DNA of 64,000 nt, taken from positions 49,538,001 to 49,602,000 of the forward strand of contig OX597818.1 of NCBI GenBank assembly GCA_951406725.2, given 5' to 3'. The position numbers and the translations under genes are program-made. Of the stretch, positions 61,283 through 64,000 are shown one piece after another (positions within the stretch are counted from its first letter, which is position 1; every line of letters begins with the position of its first letter). Under the pieces are notes generated by a model. That model worked only from the letters and a program-made list of their open reading frames with translations. It ran no database searches and was not told where the DNA came from. This DNA comes from Octopus vulgaris (lineage: Eukaryota).

Positions 61283-61935
61283 TAAAGAAATCATGTAGCG
61301 AGGTTCTTTTTTTTAAATGGCCTAGTCAAAAGTCGAAAGGTAGCTCCTATGACCTTCATTTTTTTCTTCTTTCTACTATAAGCCTTGTGCCTCTAGTATA
61401 AATTTTGTGGGAGAGGACCAGTTGAATCTCAGTGCTCAACTGGTACTTATTTCATCAATCTGTAAGAGGGTGGAAGGCAAAGTTAACCTCAGTAGAATTT
61501 GAACTCAGATTGTAATAACCAGAAGAAATGCCTGTCACTAAACAATTTGTCTGGCATGCTTACGATTCTGTCTATTCACCACCTTCCTTTGATCTTGATT
61601 TAACGTGACTTAAAACATTCTTTCAATGGATCTAATCTACTTAAAATGTGCTAACTTAGTATAAGCTGAGATATTCTAATTTGTATAACACCACCACCAC
61701 CACCTGGTCTTGGCGACATTAACAGAATTGCTCCAGTGTCAACATTTAGGTCAGATCTAATTTGGTTAAAACGGTTTGGACCTCCTTGACTAGTGTGAAG
61801 AAGAATGGAAGCTATTCTCAAACCAAAAACTCTCACCTAAATGTTTGCAATTGAGCAATTTTCCTAATGTCACCAAGGAATTTAAGTCTACTGCCCATGA
61901 GCAAGAACACTTCTGATAGATTTTCATACATTTAC

Positions 61936-61987
61936 CTGAGACTGTGATGGAAGATAATTTCTTAAAATGCCACACAGCAGGATCAAA
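61936..61987 (-). other. Candidate exon (52 nt; 151 nt to alternative donor at 61837)
   Basis: Long pyrimidine tract ...ctctttctttctgtcatatataatctcAG|, donors CAG|GTAAAT and TAG|GTGAGA; frame FDPAVWHFKKLSSITVS open through both. Confidence 0.3.
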
Positions 61988-62524
61988 CTGAGATTATATA
62001 TGACAGAAAGAAAGAGAAAAAGATTATCATTAAGAAACTATGAATAAAGTTGTGTAAGAACAGTTTGCTGAACACATCTTTATTTAGATTAGGCTATGAT
62101 TATGATGAGCCATTCTAAGATTGAATCTTTTCATATGGTAATGAGTGAATTTTAACATCTTTTAAATGAAAATATAGAAAGTTTGACAGATATGAAAGTC
62201 TGTGTTATATATCAGGAGAAAATATCGATAATATAAATAATTCATTTTTTTTAAAAAACAGAAATTTCATCATTTTTTGTGAATTTCATATATCCAATTT
62301 AAATCTTCAATATGTTTGGATTAACTTAATTTCTTTATCATAATATGTACTTTTAAGCAGAAGCAAAACTTATTTTTGCACATTAATGACTGGCAAAGTA
62401 TTCATGGATGAGTGAATTTCTTTGCTGTCGTTTAACCCTGGGTCAACCATGATTGAGTAGACCTATCATCAAAGGTTTTGCGACAGTGATCACCCTACTT
62501 TATCTACCTAGGACTACATTATCT

Positions 62525-62963
62525 GGATCTTTTCGGTTTGAACGGCAGTTTTTTTCTAGTGGTGTCATATGAAATTGTCACTCATAATTATGACCCTAGT
62601 ACCGATCCATTGCATTTCAATCTGTTTTAGGGTTAGGGTTAGAGTTTGGGTTAGTTAGGGTTAGGGGTGGGGGGAAGGGTATCTTTTTTTCTTCAGAAAT
62701 GTAAATAAACCCAATCTGTTTCTTAAACAAGGGACATATTCATACGGCACAGAATGTATTCACCTCCAATAGACGTCATTGATTGGTTGAAATTGCAGAA
62801 ATTGAAGAAAAACAACAACAAATATCTTACAAACCATAGAATTTTCTCAATAAAGCCAAGAGAAAAAGATGTTTTATAAACACATTCTACCAGTATACGA
62901 AGTTAAAATTTTTTAGTTACCTAGAAATTATGCTAAAAACTGCCGTTCAAACCGAAAAGATCC
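62525..62963. mobile_element. MITE with 29-bp perfect TIRs and internal TTAGGG repeats
   Basis: GGATCTTTTCGGTTTGAACGGCAGTTTTT / AAAAACTGCCGTTCAAACCGAAAAGATCC. Confidence 0.9.
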
Positions 62964-63744
62964 CCAAACTACATTATCCAATGTGTCTATTTTTTAAGAC
63001 ATTAGAATGTAATTTGAGGGAGATTTAGCTGCTATTTCTAGCTGTTCAAGCGACCTCATTGGTTTGTGAAACTATTATATTTATAACGATGTTTCTTTTT
63101 ATCGATATGTCGCAGATTTCAGCATATCGCTAATGCTGCTAAAACAGAGCAACAGAAACATGCTTTGCAAACCATAATGTCAGACACTTTATTACTTTAT
63201 TCTCCCATATTATTGCATCACTGTTAATATGAAGTTGACTAAACATACATTTTAACATCTGACTCCGTCCTGCCATCAATATTGGCAGCCAGTGACGTTT
63301 ATCTCCAACATCATTATTGAATAAATCCATCAGAAACTGAACAAATATTGTGATGCTTATGAACGTGTATGGCGTGTATCTGTTGCGTATTGTAAGCATG
63401 TATTGAGTTTGATCTATTATGTATAATGTATTGTGAATTTATGTATGTCTACGAATGCAACTGTGTATTTGTGGGGGACTATTTGCTGTTTGTCTGTCCA
63501 TTTATAAATGCATTGACTATTTTGCTTTCTATGTATGTTTTCATGTAATGCCTTGCTATTGTTTCTGTTTAATGGCCATAGTCACGAAATTTTTTCCTCA
63601 AAATTCTCATCCTACTCATACATTGTGGTTTTCATTCAACGAAACAACTAAAATATTGTTATATTCTCATTAAATATATACAAATGCGTGCACAAACACA
63701 CATACATATATACAAGCGCACACATACATATACACACACAAACA

Positions 63745-63960
63745 CATCATCGCTTTAACGTCCATTTTTCATGCTTGCATGAGTCAAGTGGAGCTTATTG
63801 AAGTAGATTTTTCTATGTCAGGATGCCTTTCCTGTCCTCAATCCTCACATGTTTTGCCAAACATTTTCATGGAAGATTGGAGGGGAATGCCACCGCTTAA
63901 GACATCCATTTACGATTATTGCATATCAAAACAAGGAGACAAACGTACACACATATACGC
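63745..63960 (-). mobile_element. RTE-tail SINE fragment (family E)
   Basis: CATCATCGCTTTAACGTCC...GGATGCCTTTCCTGT. Confidence 0.6.
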
Positions 63961-64000
63961 TCGCTTGCGCATTTGAATGGCGTCAACATGTCTAGGAAAT

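Noticed and set aside
62627-62674. True telomere or chromosome-fusion scar
   Set aside because: Only a few degenerate TTAGGG units, internal to a TIR element

Overview
AT-rich eukaryotic genomic DNA that is almost entirely intronic/intergenic and packed with transposable-element debris. The SINE families, the 5S sequence and the microsatellite load suggest a coleoid cephalopod, probably Octopus (inference from recalled resemblance, not a search). No intact protein-coding gene is recognisable, and the supplied ORFs are almost all artefacts of SINEs or microsatellites. The window holds: about 20 copies of a tRNA/CORE-type SINE; V-domain and Meta-like SINEs; 5'-truncated RTE, CR1/L2 and R4/Dong LINE relics; a decayed Tigger/pogo transposase; mariner, hAT and piggyBac MITEs; Helitron/Helentron non-autonomous elements; and long simple repeats. 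A CpG-retaining island at about 30.7-32.3 kb carries YY1, ETS, TATA, Grainyhead and AP-1 motifs and outward-facing splice donors, so it may be a bidirectional promoter. A few isolated exon candidates lie on the minus strand. The best lead is a full-length 5S rRNA copy that lacks its terminator and is fused to the LINE-type 3' tail of the main SINE, i.e. a candidate 5S-derived SINE (SINE3). Its tail hairpin shows compensatory base changes across families. Also notable: three long, near-perfect palindromes, dimeric SINEs with a fixed junction, and a TTAGGG-carrying MITE. Coordinates of degenerate elements are approximate.
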